From the NCBI RefSeq assembly GCF_018977255.1, contig NW_024704743.1:1984001-2048000 (forward strand): a stretch of DNA of 64,000 nucleotides, read 5' to 3'. Below the pieces are notes generated by a model, which saw nothing but the letters and a program-made list of their open reading frames with translations, was not told the origin of the DNA and did not search any database. The translations under genes were made by a program, and so were the position numbers. Below, piece after piece: positions 14,126 through 26,966 of this stretch (position 1 is the first letter of the stretch; the number at the start of each line of letters is the position of its first letter). This DNA comes from Callorhinchus milii (lineage: Eukaryota).

Positions 14126-14365
14126 GGAGTCCTGTAGCTCAGTGGTTAGAGCACTCGCCTCGCAAGCGAGAGGACCCGGGTTCGATTCCTTCAAAAAAGT
14201 CAGTCACTCAATCCACGGCTGTTTGTGGGGGACGCTGCTGTGCGCAATTGGCTGCCGCGTTTCGTCCAAACAAGTATACAGTCAATTCACTTTACAGTAT
14301 ATTGTGCGAAGCGCTTTGAGACGTCTCGAAGACGTGATCAGGCGCTGTACCAAATGCGAGGAGTG
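14126..14365 (+). mobile_element. SINE with internal deletion (tRNA head joined directly to the Deu domain)
   Basis: Intact head ...GGTTCGATTCC continues as TTCAAAAAAG; ATTCC microhomology at the junction. Confidence 0.85.
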
Positions 14366-16859
14366 TTGCTAAAATGCCACTGAGACCCAGGTGGAATTTC
14401 TCCGCATCCATCACTTCACCCCATATCATATCACATCTTCATTCCCACGCAGTCAAATTCCCATTTCAATGTTATACAGTGTCATTGATTCAGCTGCAGC
14501 ACATATTTGCATTCACGTGTTCTCCTTTCTAATAACCCTGTGCGTGAATGGAAACAAATCTTTCTGACCTTAAATAACCTCAGCTTTTACACAGACCGTA
14601 GAGAAACAAAAGAAATATGTTGGAAATTAAAAATTAACTCGTGTCTTTTTATAATTCGAATAGACGTCAAAGCATTGAGGTGCAGATGGAGAGGTTAACC
14701 TTGTGAATTTTACCAACCACCGTCAAAGCTGCAGCAGTTATTATTCTTATCGAATCCGTCAGCAGTAATTTGCTCTGAAACAACAGCAGCAGCAACAACA
14801 AGAAGAACAGAATTGCATTTGTAAAGCGCCTTTCACGTCGGGAGGACATCCCAAGGCACTGAACGGTCAGTGTTGCCCAAGGCGGAGAGATTGAGGGAGA
14901 GAGTTCCAGAGGAAACACCTTTCTCTTTTCGAATAGTCATACGGGATTTTTAATGTCCTCCTGAACAGGCAGACGGGACCTTGGTTTAACGTCTCATCCA
15001 AAGGGGATTTTGTTGGTCAGCCGGGTGTCTGAAACCATCGCGGTGCTCAAACTAGACTGAGAGTCCCACAAATAGATGTCACCTGTCACCCATGTTTGCA
15101 ATGGATATGTATACTATCTCTATCTGCAGAGAGTGTCTTGCTTACTTCATTCCGGAGAGTGTTCAGGCCAAGAGTTGGTGAGAGCCCACGTTGGTTGGGG
15201 GTAAGTCTGGAGTGTAACCCGCTAAAGCTTTTGCTGCTCAGAACAAAAAGGGCAATGGAGACCTGACTGAAACCATCTGGCACACGTGTTAGGCCCGACC
15301 ATACAAACCTACCTCGCTCCACCCAGCAAACACCCCTGCCCACCCACCCCACAATCAGCCTCTCTGCCCCCAACTCTCTGAAACTCCATCCCAGACTCCC
15401 ACCCCTTCCCTCACTCCCTCAACGTCCACCTCAAACTTCACCTGCGACCGAGATTTTGGCCATTTCCCCACCGCTCTCCCCCCCACCACCTCCTCGCTCT
15501 CACCCCCCCCAACCCACCTGTCCCCAACCCCCAATTAAGGTGAGAACCTTGGCTATCCAGCGATGTCCTCCTGACAGCAAAGCCACTCTGTCAATGTGAA
15601 TCTGTATTGTATTGTGATTTTGACCTCTGTTGTCTTATGTCAGTGGAGATCTCTGATGGATGTAGTTTCAAGTTGCATTGATTTTTTTTGGGGGGCGGAA
15701 CTGACTGGAACAATTAAGGTAAACAAGGGACATTCTCCCAACCAGACCCGGAGAGGTCAGGAATAGACGTGCTGATAAGGATGGGCAGAGCCAAGGAACT
15801 TGTGTGGAGATGCAAGATTTTCCATTGCATGGTTTCAAGCCAACAAAGCGTTTAAATTTTGAGCATCACTTGTGTGTTGGTTTGGGATTTAACTCTTTGA
15901 CCTACTTACCTACGGTCATCTCCTTCTTTCTCCCTTGCTCAACGTTCAACTCCCCACTGCTGCGCGCAATTAACTGCCACTGTTCTTTCGCACACAATAT
16001 ACACACAGTCACTCCACTTTACTGTATATTGTTGTTATTATTCTCTACTTAGAGCTCTCCCACAACAGCATCCGCCAACCCCATCCAACCCCTTCCTCGA
16101 TTGGCTCCAGTGGCTCCCGCAGAACTGTAGTAAATTACGTCGCAGAAGAAGGCCATTTGATTATCTAACAAAGCTACGTAAAGATCACGTGGCCTTGCCC
16201 GCGCCCACCATTGGCGGTCAGGTCTTCAGCCTCTCTGCTCGCCACTCACCCTCTGGAACTCCATCCCACAGTCCCTCCGCCTCACCCCCTCCCTTGTCTC
16301 CTTCCAGACCCATCCCAGGACCCTCGTCTTCGACCCGGCAAGCTTTCCCGCTGCTTGTCCCGTCAGGGCTTTGGCTTGGAGGGTTAAACAGGAGCCGGGT
16401 GGGAGGACTCCCAGACGTGAAGGGCGCTGTGCATGTGTACAAATTGTCGACTGAAACTTTCAACCTTGTACAAGAAACGACTGAGTGTTCCCTCGAGCTG
16501 CTGGTCCCTCAGACTTCTCTTGATTCAGCTTCTCTCTGACCCGCCAGTTTCACAATATGTTAATATTTACATTGTCATCGATGCCGCAGAAAGAGATAGA
16601 AAATGGGCCGGTGGCAATCCATTAAAATATTCTACCTTCAGAGCATTTACTGAGGATTGTGTGAAGCAGCAAAATTAGACCCGGCCTTGTGTCTGAATAA
16701 ATCATACATTTGAATTTTTTATATAAAAAGGCATTCTGTTCCTGGACAAGTTCATGAATAATAACAATAATAATAATGGCCCTTGCATTTGATATGGCGC
16801 CTTATCACTTCTTCGAGACTTATTGAAGTGCCGAGTGACAAGTAAAGTAAAAACCTCAG

Positions 16860-17160
16860 TGGGCTCTGGCCTGCTTCATGTCCCACCCCCACGCCCCCAC
16901 CCCCGTCCTTGCCCTCCCCACCATTGGCGATAGGAGCTTCAGCCTCTCTCTGCCCCCACTCACCCTCTGGAACTCCATCCCACAGTCCACCCCCTCCCTC
17001 ATTCTCCTTCAAGACCCATCTCAAGACCCTCATCTTCGATCATGCCTTTGGTCACCCTCTTACCCCTCCCCTACCCGCCCCGCCCTCCACCCCCTCCTGA
17101 TCCAAACCACCAGCTCGGGTGAGGATCCCTGAATGTCCAGCGCCTTGGGACGTCCTCTGG
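16860..17160 (+). mobile_element. L2 LINE 3' end (similar short ends at about 15300-15620 +, 16190-16440 +, 19320-19600 -, 23520-23640 +, 29030-29240 +)
   Basis: CTCTGGAACTCCATCCC...TTCAAGACCCATCTCAAGACC (LWNS..FKTHLKT) followed by the GCGCCTTGGGACGTCC tail. Confidence 0.75.
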
Positions 17161-17439
17161 ACCATATATTAGTTTTCCAATCAAAAGATCATTGTGGTCG
17201 GGTCGCTATTTAATTTTGCGTTTCGCTCACAAAACGCACAGGCAATGCACCTTACAGCGGATCCGCTTTGAGACATCTCGAAGACCTGATGAGGGGCCGT
17301 GTCCAGATGCAAAATTTATTTCTTCTTATTATTGATATAATTTGCTTAGTTCTAGGGTGTGTGTGTGTGTGTGTGTGTCTGGGGGGGGGGGAGGAATGTG
17401 GGTGTGGGGGGTGGTGGAGGTAGATATTTGCATAGTTAT

Positions 17440-17660
17440 TCCAGGTTCCGCAATTGCTTTTTCTGTATCAGTCGAGCGGTTTGTGTGGACAAATTAGTTT
17501 CTCTGTTGAAAATTCTGTCAATATGCAAATGGCGACGTGTCTATGTCTGGAGAGCCCTGCGGCGTTATAAAGGAGAAATCATGCCACTTTTTCGAGGCCT
17601 TTTAATTTAATTCCCTCAATTAAACGGAGTCATTTCAATCCCAGTTCGATTTAGCCGAAC
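17440..17660. promoter_or_regulatory. Candidate conserved non-coding element
   Basis: Unique block with CTGTCA next to the octamer ATGCAAAT, plus TTAATTTAATT and CAATTAAA clusters. Confidence 0.35.
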
Positions 17661-17989
17661 AATCCCCTCGCAAGGCAGAGTCGGGGCGAGGCAGGAAGAC
17701 CGCACTTAGCGGTATGGCTTTCTGGAGGAGCCTTTGTTGCAGTTCGGGAAGAGACGTTCTGTGAAATCTCACTCCGTCTGGCTCGATACGACGTTCTTTT
17801 GTTGGCGTTAATGAGGGTTCAGCTTTTGAAGAGTTCTTCAATCTGCGAGGCTGGAAAGCTGTCCGGACAGTGCTTTCAACGGCAAGCTATGTGGTTTGTG
17901 CTGGTTAGACGCCAATGCACAATCAAGGGTTCCCAAGTCTTGGCACTCTCCAAATTAGGTACACAGAATACAAATAATGATAATAAGAG

Positions 17990-18385
17990 TAATAATTCTG
18001 GCATTTGACACGGCGCCTTATCACATCATCGAGACGTCTCAAAGCGCTTCACAGCTGTAAAGTGAATTGACTGTACGTTTTGTGGGCGAAACGCGGCAGC
18101 CGATTGCTCACAACAGCGTCCCCCACAAACAGCCGCGGGTTGAAGTGACCAAATTATTTTTTATTTATTTTGAAGGGATTATTACCCCCGGAAAAGCGAT
18201 CCGCCAATCGACTAACAACCGGGTTCCTACTGACTGCCGGTAAACAGAGGCGCGTGTGTGTGTGTGTGTGTGTGTGTGTGGAGTGAGGAAACTTGCCCAA
18301 TGTCTCGCCCTGACCTGCCCGGGAATCGAACCCGGGTCCTCTCGCTTGTGAGGCGAGGGCTCTGACCGCTGAGCTCCAGGACTCC
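17990..18385 (-). mobile_element. Long-subfamily SINE, full length
   Basis: Same consensus. Confidence 0.9.
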
Positions 18386-20009
18386 ATTGGTAAACATGTG
18401 AGCTTTACTGTAATGTAAGAAAGGAGGTCCAGCCACTGAAAAAATTCTGTAATAAATAATCTTCGCCTTGATAGGGACTGGCTGAATCTTAGAGCTGAGC
18501 TCATGCCGAGAAAAAAGGCTTTGCTCCTCCTGGGGGCTGAAAAGGTGAACAAGGTATTAAAATAAATAAGTTTTTCCGGGGGTAATAAATCCTTCAAAAA
18601 ATAATAAGAAGAATTTGGTCACTTCAACCCACGGCTGTTTGTGGGGACGCTGCTGCCGCGTTTCGCCCACAAAATATACGGTCAATCTGCTTTACAGCGT
18701 ATCCTATGAAGCGCTTTGAGACGTCTCGAAGACGTGATAAGGCTCTGTATCTAAGGCAAGGATTATTATTATTATTATTCCCAGATGAGTTGGGCCAGCA
18801 CCACAATATCATCTTCGATCTGTTTATTCCTTTCTCTCCCTCTCTCTCTCTTGCTCGGCTTCAATCCAAGACGGTAGGAATTTCAGGAATTGCACTGGAG
18901 AAGATCTGAGGTCCCTGTGCTCCAGTAGGATCACACCCCCATCTCTGCGGTCATGGACATGAACAAACAGAGGCAGTGACTTTTAAACCCATGTCGTTCC
19001 ATCCAACTGATAAATTCTCTACGTTGAAACTACTGTATTCCTTCAGTGGGTTTCTGCTACCACCTGGTGGGTATTCTCTTAGTTACAAGTTCAGAGCGTG
19101 AGACTTGCTCCATTCCTTCGAATTTGCACATAACAATAATAATAATAATACTAATAATCCTTGCGTTTGATATAGCGCTTTTCACGCCTTCTAGATGTCT
19201 CGAAACGCTTCGCAGAATAGACTGTAAACATAGCTATGTCCCACAAACAGCCATCAAACATTAAGCGCTTGTACCTGGAGGATTGCTGGGTCAGGACACC
19301 AGGAGAACGACAGACAACACAATACAAAATGTCATTGACACACGGTGCCTTTCACGTCAGGAGGACGTCCCAAGGCGCTGGACAGTCAGGAGTTTGGACC
19401 CGAGCTGGGGGTTGGGATTAGGACGGGGTGGAGGGCGGGGAGGAGAGGGTAGGGGCAGGAGGGTGACCAAAGGCCTGGTCGGAGAGGAGAGTCTTGAATC
19501 ATGCCTTTAAAGGAGGCGAGGAAGGGATCGAGGCAGAGGGAAGGTGGGACGAAGTTCCAATGGGTGGTGGGGGTGGGGGCAGAGAGGCTGAAGGTCTGGG
19601 GGAACGTGTCAAGCAAAAGATTTTCCATCGTATTTACAGAATTATTCTTTTATATTGTCACTAAACACTTCGCCAGTAATTACTGTCAAAACCAGTGACT
19701 GTTTTTTTTAGGCAAAACTCAGCAGCCGTTTGTGTCAGGAATTCCCCACTTCCACTTACAAAGCATCGCTCAACTAATAACAATCCTCGCGTTTGACCCA
19801 AGACCTCAGCACATCCAAACATCTCAAAGCGCATCACAGTAATTGGTGTTCGGTGTCCTGACTCTGTTTTCAAACGCGGCAGTCAGTTTGCATACAGCAA
19901 ACAAGCCATGAAATGATGGCTGATGTTTTCACTGGGGGATTGCTGGCCAAGCCATCGGGAGAAACTCCTTTACCTTGTTATATAGTACATAGACACCAAC
20001 ACCCCCCCC

Positions 20010-21440
20010 CACACACACACACACCACACACACACACACACATACATACATACCACACACACACACACACATACATACATACCACATACCACACACACAC
20101 ACATACCACACACATACCACACACACACACCACACACACACACATACATACATACCACATACCACACACACACACATACCACACACACACCTCACACCAC
20201 ACACACACACACATACCACACACCTCACACCACACACACACACACATACATACATACATACATACCACACACACACACACACACCACACACACACACCTC
20301 ACACCACACACACACACATACATACATACCACACACCACACACATACATACATACCACACACACACACATACCACACACACCTCACACCACACACACACA
20401 CACATACATACATACCACATACCACACACACACACATACCACACACACACACATACCACACACACCTCACACCACACACACACACATACCACACACACAC
20501 ACACACACATACCACACACACCTCACACCACACACATACATACATACCACACACACACACACATACCACACACACACACCTCACACCACACACACACACA
20601 CATACATACCACATACCACACACACACACATACCACACACACACACATACCACACACACCTCACACCACACACACACACATACCACACACACACACACAC
20701 ACATACCACACACACCTCACACCACACACATACATACATACCACACACACACACACACATACCACACACACACACCTCACACCACACACACACACATACA
20801 TACATACCACACACACACACACATACATACATACATACCACACACACACACATACCACACACACACCTCACACCACACACACACACACACATACATACAT
20901 ACATACCACACACACACACACATACCACACACACACACCTCACACCACACACACACATGCATACATACCACACACACACACACACATACCACACACACAC
21001 CTCACACCACACACACACACACATACATACCACACACACACACACACACACATACCACACACACACCTCACACCACACACACATACATACATACCACACA
21101 CCACACACACAGCACACAAACACCCACACACCACACACACCCACGCACACAACACGCACAACATCAACCACACACACACCACACACATACAGCACACAAA
21201 CACCCACACACCACACACACACCCACACACAACAACACACCCACACACACCACACACACCAACACACCCACCCCCACACACACCAACACACCCACCCACA
21301 CCGACACACACCAACACACCCACACACGTGCGCGCGCACCAGATACCCGCACACACCCACACCAACGCATACACCCATACACCGGTATGTACCCCCCACA
21401 AACACACCCCACACGCCCACCACACACACCAACACGCACA
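20010..21440. repeat. Complex (CA)n-based microsatellite, about 1.4 kb
   Basis: CA runs punctuated by CATAC, TACCAC and CCTCACACC. Source of the spurious His/Thr and Val/Cys ORFs. Confidence 0.97.
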
Positions 21441-21815
21441 GTCTGTCCAACAATCCCCCACCCTCACTCCTTGGCTGTTTGTGGAACATTGCTGTGCGCA
21501 ACAAAAAAACCACAGGCTCAGCTACTCCACATTACGGTATATCCTGTGAAGCACTTTGGGACACCCTCCTGACACGAAAGGTGCAAGGAATACCATTGTT
21601 ATTATTGTTTATTGTTTGTGTATTGGTAAAAATTGGTCATTCACTTCGCGGCTGCTTGTCCGGCTTTGCTGTGCATTAATTGGCTGCCGTGAGGTCTTGT
21701 ACGTACAGCACTTTATGTTAAATCCCTAGAAAAAACCTGAGACGCTTTCAAGGACGAGATAAGACGCTATGTCAAATGCAAAGATTCACACATTATTAAT
21801 AATAATCCTACGTGG

Positions 21816-21834
21816 TGTTGCCATCTGCTGGGAG
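21816..21834 (-). promoter_or_regulatory. Candidate CTCF site
   Basis: Reverse strand reads CTCCCAGCAGATGGCAACA. Confidence 0.45.
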
Positions 21835-24689
21835 CTGAATAAATCACACGCCTCCGTTTACCGGCAGTCAGTAGGAATCCGGTTGTTAGTCGGTTCGGAT
21901 TGCTGTCCCGGGGGTAATAATCCCTCTCAAAAAATGCTTTTGAAAATAACAATTCGGTCACTTAAGCCGCGGCTGTTTGTGGGGACGCTGCTCTGCGCAA
22001 TTGGCTGCCGCGTTCCGCCCACAAAAGTACAGTCAATTTCAATTTACAGTGTATCCCGTGAAGCGCCTTGAGACGTCTCTACCACGTGATAAGGCGCCGT
22101 GTCAAATCCAAGGATTATTATTAATATTATTATTATTAAAACAAATTGTTGCTGCGGAAATTCGCCCAAATGTTGCGCCTTGCCCGGGAATGGAGCCCGG
22201 TTCCTCTCGCTCGCGAGGCGAGCGCACCGAACACGGAGCTACAGGACATGGTTTATCGTCTCATCTGAACGACAGCACCTCTGACAGGCGCAGAGTGAGT
22301 TGGCGGCAGCCGATTGCGCACAGCAGCGTCCCCACAAACAGTCGTGGATTGAGTGATTATTATTTATTATAATCATTTTCATTTATTATCATTTTCTTAG
22401 TATAGAAACAGGGTCTCCTTACAGCTAAGTTGGCTCCACCGCAACGTGATGTGCGTTTGGCATTTTTGCATGTGTAGGGACATAAACAGATGTGGAACTC
22501 GGATTCGGAGCCTCCTAAGCACTGCGATAGGTTGGGTTTGTGCCAAACACCCACCTGACCTCCTAAAAAAAACTAATAGAATCATCCGACTGACTGTAAC
22601 CTTGTCCTTTATTGGGGGCAGTGGAGGAGGGAGTAATTTGACCTTGCTCACATCACGCCTGAACGGTTTATCAATGGAATAGGATATGCTTTGAATCGAC
22701 GGATCCTGACCCCAACTTTACTTTGCGACTGACTCCCTCGCTGGAACGTTTGCTCGGACTTTACCCGTGTGACGGCCGCTGGTATTTATAAACGTTCCGC
22801 GTCTCCTCCCCAACGTTTGTTAATGTGTAACATAGCCGATCAAACATCCATTCACGTTTCCTGTGCCTGGAGTCGGCTGATGCATTGGATGTTGCGTAAA
22901 CTGTCAATGGTTGGAGAGCGGGGCGGGTGGGGGGGTGTGGGGGAGGGAGAAGGGTAGAGAGTAGGAGGAGGGTCATTGAACTGAATGAGGTGACTTTAGT
23001 TCCGTGGAATTTAACGGAGTGGTTAGAGCACTCACCTCACCAACAGGAGACTTGGGTTCAATTCCCGGCAGGGCGAAATGTTGGGCGCATTTCCTTACTC
23101 CACACGCCTCTGTTTACTCAGCTCCACTGGTTCCCGGTCACATCACAGGTTGATTTCAAAATCCTCTCACTCGTCCACAAATAAAAATAATAATTGTTGC
23201 ATTCGACACAGCCCCTCGTCGCGTCTTCGAGACGCCGCAAAGCGCTTCACAGGACACACTGTCAAGTGAATCGACTGTGTGTTTTGGGGGCGAAACGCGG
23301 CAGCCAATTGCGCTCAGCGGCGTCCCCCACAAACAGCCGTGGGATTGAAGTGACCAAATTATTATTATTATTTTTTTGAAGGAATTATTACCCCCCGGAA
23401 AAGCGATCCCCCAATCGACTAACAACCGGGTTCCTGCTGACTGCCGGTAAACAGAGGGGCGTGTGTGTGTGTGTGTGTGTGCGTGTGTGTGGGGTAAGGA
23501 AACTTGCCCAATGTTTTGCCCGCCCTCCACCCCTCTTGATGCCAACCACCAGCTCGGGTGAGGATCCTTGACTGTCCAACGCCTGGGGACATCCTCCTGA
23601 CGTGAAATGCTCCGTGTTACTGTCATGTGTTGTTGTTATAGTGGAGTCCTACATTAGCATTTTGCATGGAGAAATGCTTCCCTGATATTGACAGCGTGGG
23701 ACTTCTGTGCTTGTGACAAGTTAATCCCGGGCCTTGTTATCCAGGCATTTTACTGTATTTATTATCTTCAAGACAAAGCGGTCAGGCTCGCAGGCTAGGA
23801 CTGGGTGGAATCGCGCGTCTCTGCGATGGTGAATTGAAATGTCAGAGGAGGGAACATGTGGCACACGGTGGCTGTGTCCGGGGGAATAATGCAATCAGGT
23901 CTCCTTGAAGGTGAAACAACATTTGCTTAGTGCGCAATTAGGCTGAAACACCTAGGATAATGGTACGTGTTATTACTGCTGGCGTTCAGAAGGTCACAGC
24001 ACACATCAGTTTGAGTACATAATCAGAGCGAAGCAATGAGCAACTCTTAGGCAACACACACACACACACGCGCACACGCACGCACGCACGCAGAGTGACA
24101 GTTTCTGCTGCAAAGCAGGCAGAGAGAACACGCCAGCTTAAAAAACACACGCACACACATACACATACACACGGCCTGATAGCTCTAACAGGCGTGACAT
24201 ATATTGAAACGAAACCAGCGATTTTATGCAACGCCGTTCGCGTCAAGAGAGACGTCTCAGAGCGCTTCATAGGATTTACTGTAAAGCCTCGTTGACTGTG
24301 TATTTTTTTAGGCTAATCCAATTTGCCAACACCGCCCACCCACACCCCCCCCCCCACCCCCTCCCACCCACTCACAAAACAGCCTCGATGTGAGCGACCA
24401 GGGTTGTTCTATCCGGGCAGATTGTCGGCCAGGACGATGGGAGAAGCTTCCTTCTGGTTCTGAGCAGTGCCGTGACCGGCCTCACGAACAGGCAGGTGGG
24501 ACCTCGGTCTCACATCTCATCCAAAGGACGCCAACTCCGACAAAGCAGCCCTCACTCACCAGCGTAAGGTATTGAGCTCCCGCCCAGCCGAGACCAGGCT
24601 GCCACCAGACATCAAGGCACAGCGTTACAGAAGCAGTTAACACAGCAGAAAAACAGCAGAAATAAGTGTATCATAACAACAATAACAAC

Positions 24690-25093
24690 AACAATAATAA
24701 TAATAATCCTGGCATTTGACATGGCGCCTTATCACGTCTTTGAGACTTCTCAAAGCGCTTCGCAGGATAACCTGTAAAGTGTAGTGACTGTGTATTTTGT
24801 GGGCAAAACGCGTCAGCCAACTGTGCACAGCAGCGTCCCCACAAACAGCCATGGACTGAAGTGAACCAATTTTTATTTATTCTTTTCTGAAGGGATTGTT
24901 ACCCCCGGAAAAGCCATCCGCCAATTGACTAACAACTGGGTTCCTACTGACTGCCGGTAAACAGAGGCGCGTGTGTGTGTGTGTGTGGAGTGAGGAAACT
25001 TGCCCAATGTCTCGCCCTGACCCGCCCGGGAATCGAACCCGGGTCCTCTCGCTCGCGAGGCGAGGGCTCTAACTACTGAGATACAGGGACTCC
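24690..25093 (-). mobile_element. Long-subfamily SINE, full length
   Basis: Same consensus. Confidence 0.9.
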
Positions 25094-25584
25094 ACATTAT
25101 GAGCATCTCCGGTGAAGAACCTAGCCCCGAATGCAGCCACAGACACGGAGTCCTGTGAGAGTTGCCACCAGCTGCTGAGATCCAAGTGAACTTCAGATTG
25201 CATTCCTTTACACACAAACACTGTACACATATTGGGGTGAAAGTTCTCGCTATGTAAACTGAGATGCGTTTTCATTCTTGTTGATGGAGCTCACACAAGG
25301 AATAATATTAATAATAATAATAATAATCCTTGCATTGGAGGCAGCGCCTTATCACATCGTCGAGACGTCTCAAAGGGCTTCACAGCGTATACTTTAAAGT
25401 GAATTGACTGTATATTTTACGGGTGAAACGCGGCAGCCAATTCCGCACAGCAGCGTCCCCACAAACAGCCCAAGTACATACCCTATAAAACTCTCTCTTT
25501 GCAGGACCTTTGCTGCCTCCTCTAATTCCATAGCGCCCCCTGTTTCGCCCCATCCCGCCCCATTCCCCCCACCCACCCACAGAT

Positions 25585-25750
25585 TTGATGAAGTCTGCAA
25601 TTCTAAACCTGCGTCCACTTGTCCTGCTGTCTGGAGACATCCTGCAGCATCCTCGTAGGATTACTTCTTCAATTCCATTTGAAACGTGATCCACTTCCTC
25701 AGGTGATCTTCTCTGATTCGTCTTCTCTCAAGGCAGAAGGAGAGAACCTA
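25585..25750 (-). mobile_element. CR1-clade LINE ORF2 C-terminal remnant
   Basis: Minus-strand pieces LERRRIREDHL, EVDHVSNGIEEV and SRTSGRRFRI resemble the CR1 motif LERRRLRGDLIEVYKILNG...TRGH. Confidence 0.55.
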
Positions 25751-26059
25751 ACTTGTGTACTCGCTGCTTGTTGCTGAATAACCTCTAAAACACTTGGGGG
25801 GGGGGCAGTTTCTCGTCGCTCTCCTCTGCCTACACGGTCTCGAGGGCCTGAGGCCTGATGTGCCCCTTAGGTAACGCTGACCAGAAATTGTATGCAGCAC
25901 TTCCAGGGGTTGGCTGTGTATGTAAAGTGAGTGTGACGTTTGCGGATCTGAAATCAGATGATTTAGTAACACAGCCCCAGTGTTCCTGTTGACTCTGTTC
26001 ATTCCTGCCTCGAGCTTATTTTGCGGCGGGTGAGAGAGGCGTCAAATCGTGAGGCTTGA

Positions 26060-26330
26060 AACAGCAACATCTGACATTGGAAAACAAGAGGGGTTTATTC
26101 AGTTCAGCCCATCGAGCCTGTTCTACCAGTTTACGAGATCGCGACAGATCTTATCATTCCCGAGGACCCACCCTTTCGCCTTATCCCTTAATTCTGCTAT
26201 CCCAGTGTTTATCCCTCTCTCTGTTTCAAACCTCCCTATTGATTCCACTTCCACTGGTTTCTGGGGTAAAGATTGCACACCTTCAAAGCTCGCTGTGTAA
26301 AGAAAAGCCTCCTTGGTCCTAAATGTCTTG
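26060..26330 (-). mobile_element. CR1-clade LINE 3' end remnant (short CR1 tails also at about 7355-7415 +, 49380-49410 +, 52700-52725 -)
   Basis: TTCAGCCCATCGAGCCTGTTC is the reverse of the GAACAGGCTCGATGGGCTGAA(TGGCCT) CR1 tail; (TTCTTATG)n-type ends at the other sites. Confidence 0.55.
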
Positions 26331-26576
26331 GTTCTGATAATAATAATAATAATGATGATGATAAAGATCTTAATAATCCTTGTATTTCATACAGTGCTTT
26401 CTCACGCCATTGAGACTTCTCAAAGCGCTTTACGGCGCTTTGAATATATTGTAAAGTGGATTAACTGTGTTCGCCGCCAATCGACTAACAACCGTATTGC
26501 AGCTGAACCCAAGTATTAATTTTAGGGCAATGTCACTGATTGTTCTCCAAGACTGATAGGTCCTGTATACAGGGCT

Positions 26577-26966
26577 GGCGTCCTGGAGCTCAGTGGTTAG
26601 AGCCCTCGCCTCGCAAGCGAGAGGACCTGTGTTTGATACCCGGGCAGGTCAGGGCGAAACATTGGGCAAGTTTCCTCACTCCACACACACACGCCTCTGT
26701 TTACCGGCAGTCAGTAGGAACCCGGCTGTTAGTCGATTGGTGGATCGCTTTTCCGAGGGTAATAATTCCTTCAAAAAATATATAATAATAATAATTTGGT
26801 CACTTCAATCCATGGCTGTTTGTGGGGACGCTGCTGTGTGCGATTGGCTGCCGGGTTGCAACCACAAAATTTACAGTCAATTCACTTTATAGCGTATCCT
26901 GTGAAGCGCTTTGAGACGTCTCGATGACGTGATAAGGCGCTGTATCAAATGCCGGGTTATTATTAT
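26577..26966 (+). mobile_element. Long-subfamily SINE, full length
   Basis: Same consensus. Confidence 0.9.

Noticed and set aside
19913..21679. 588-aa His/Thr-rich ORF and overlapping Val/Cys ORFs
   Set aside because: Translation of a stop-free (CA)n microsatellite; no protein-like complexity.
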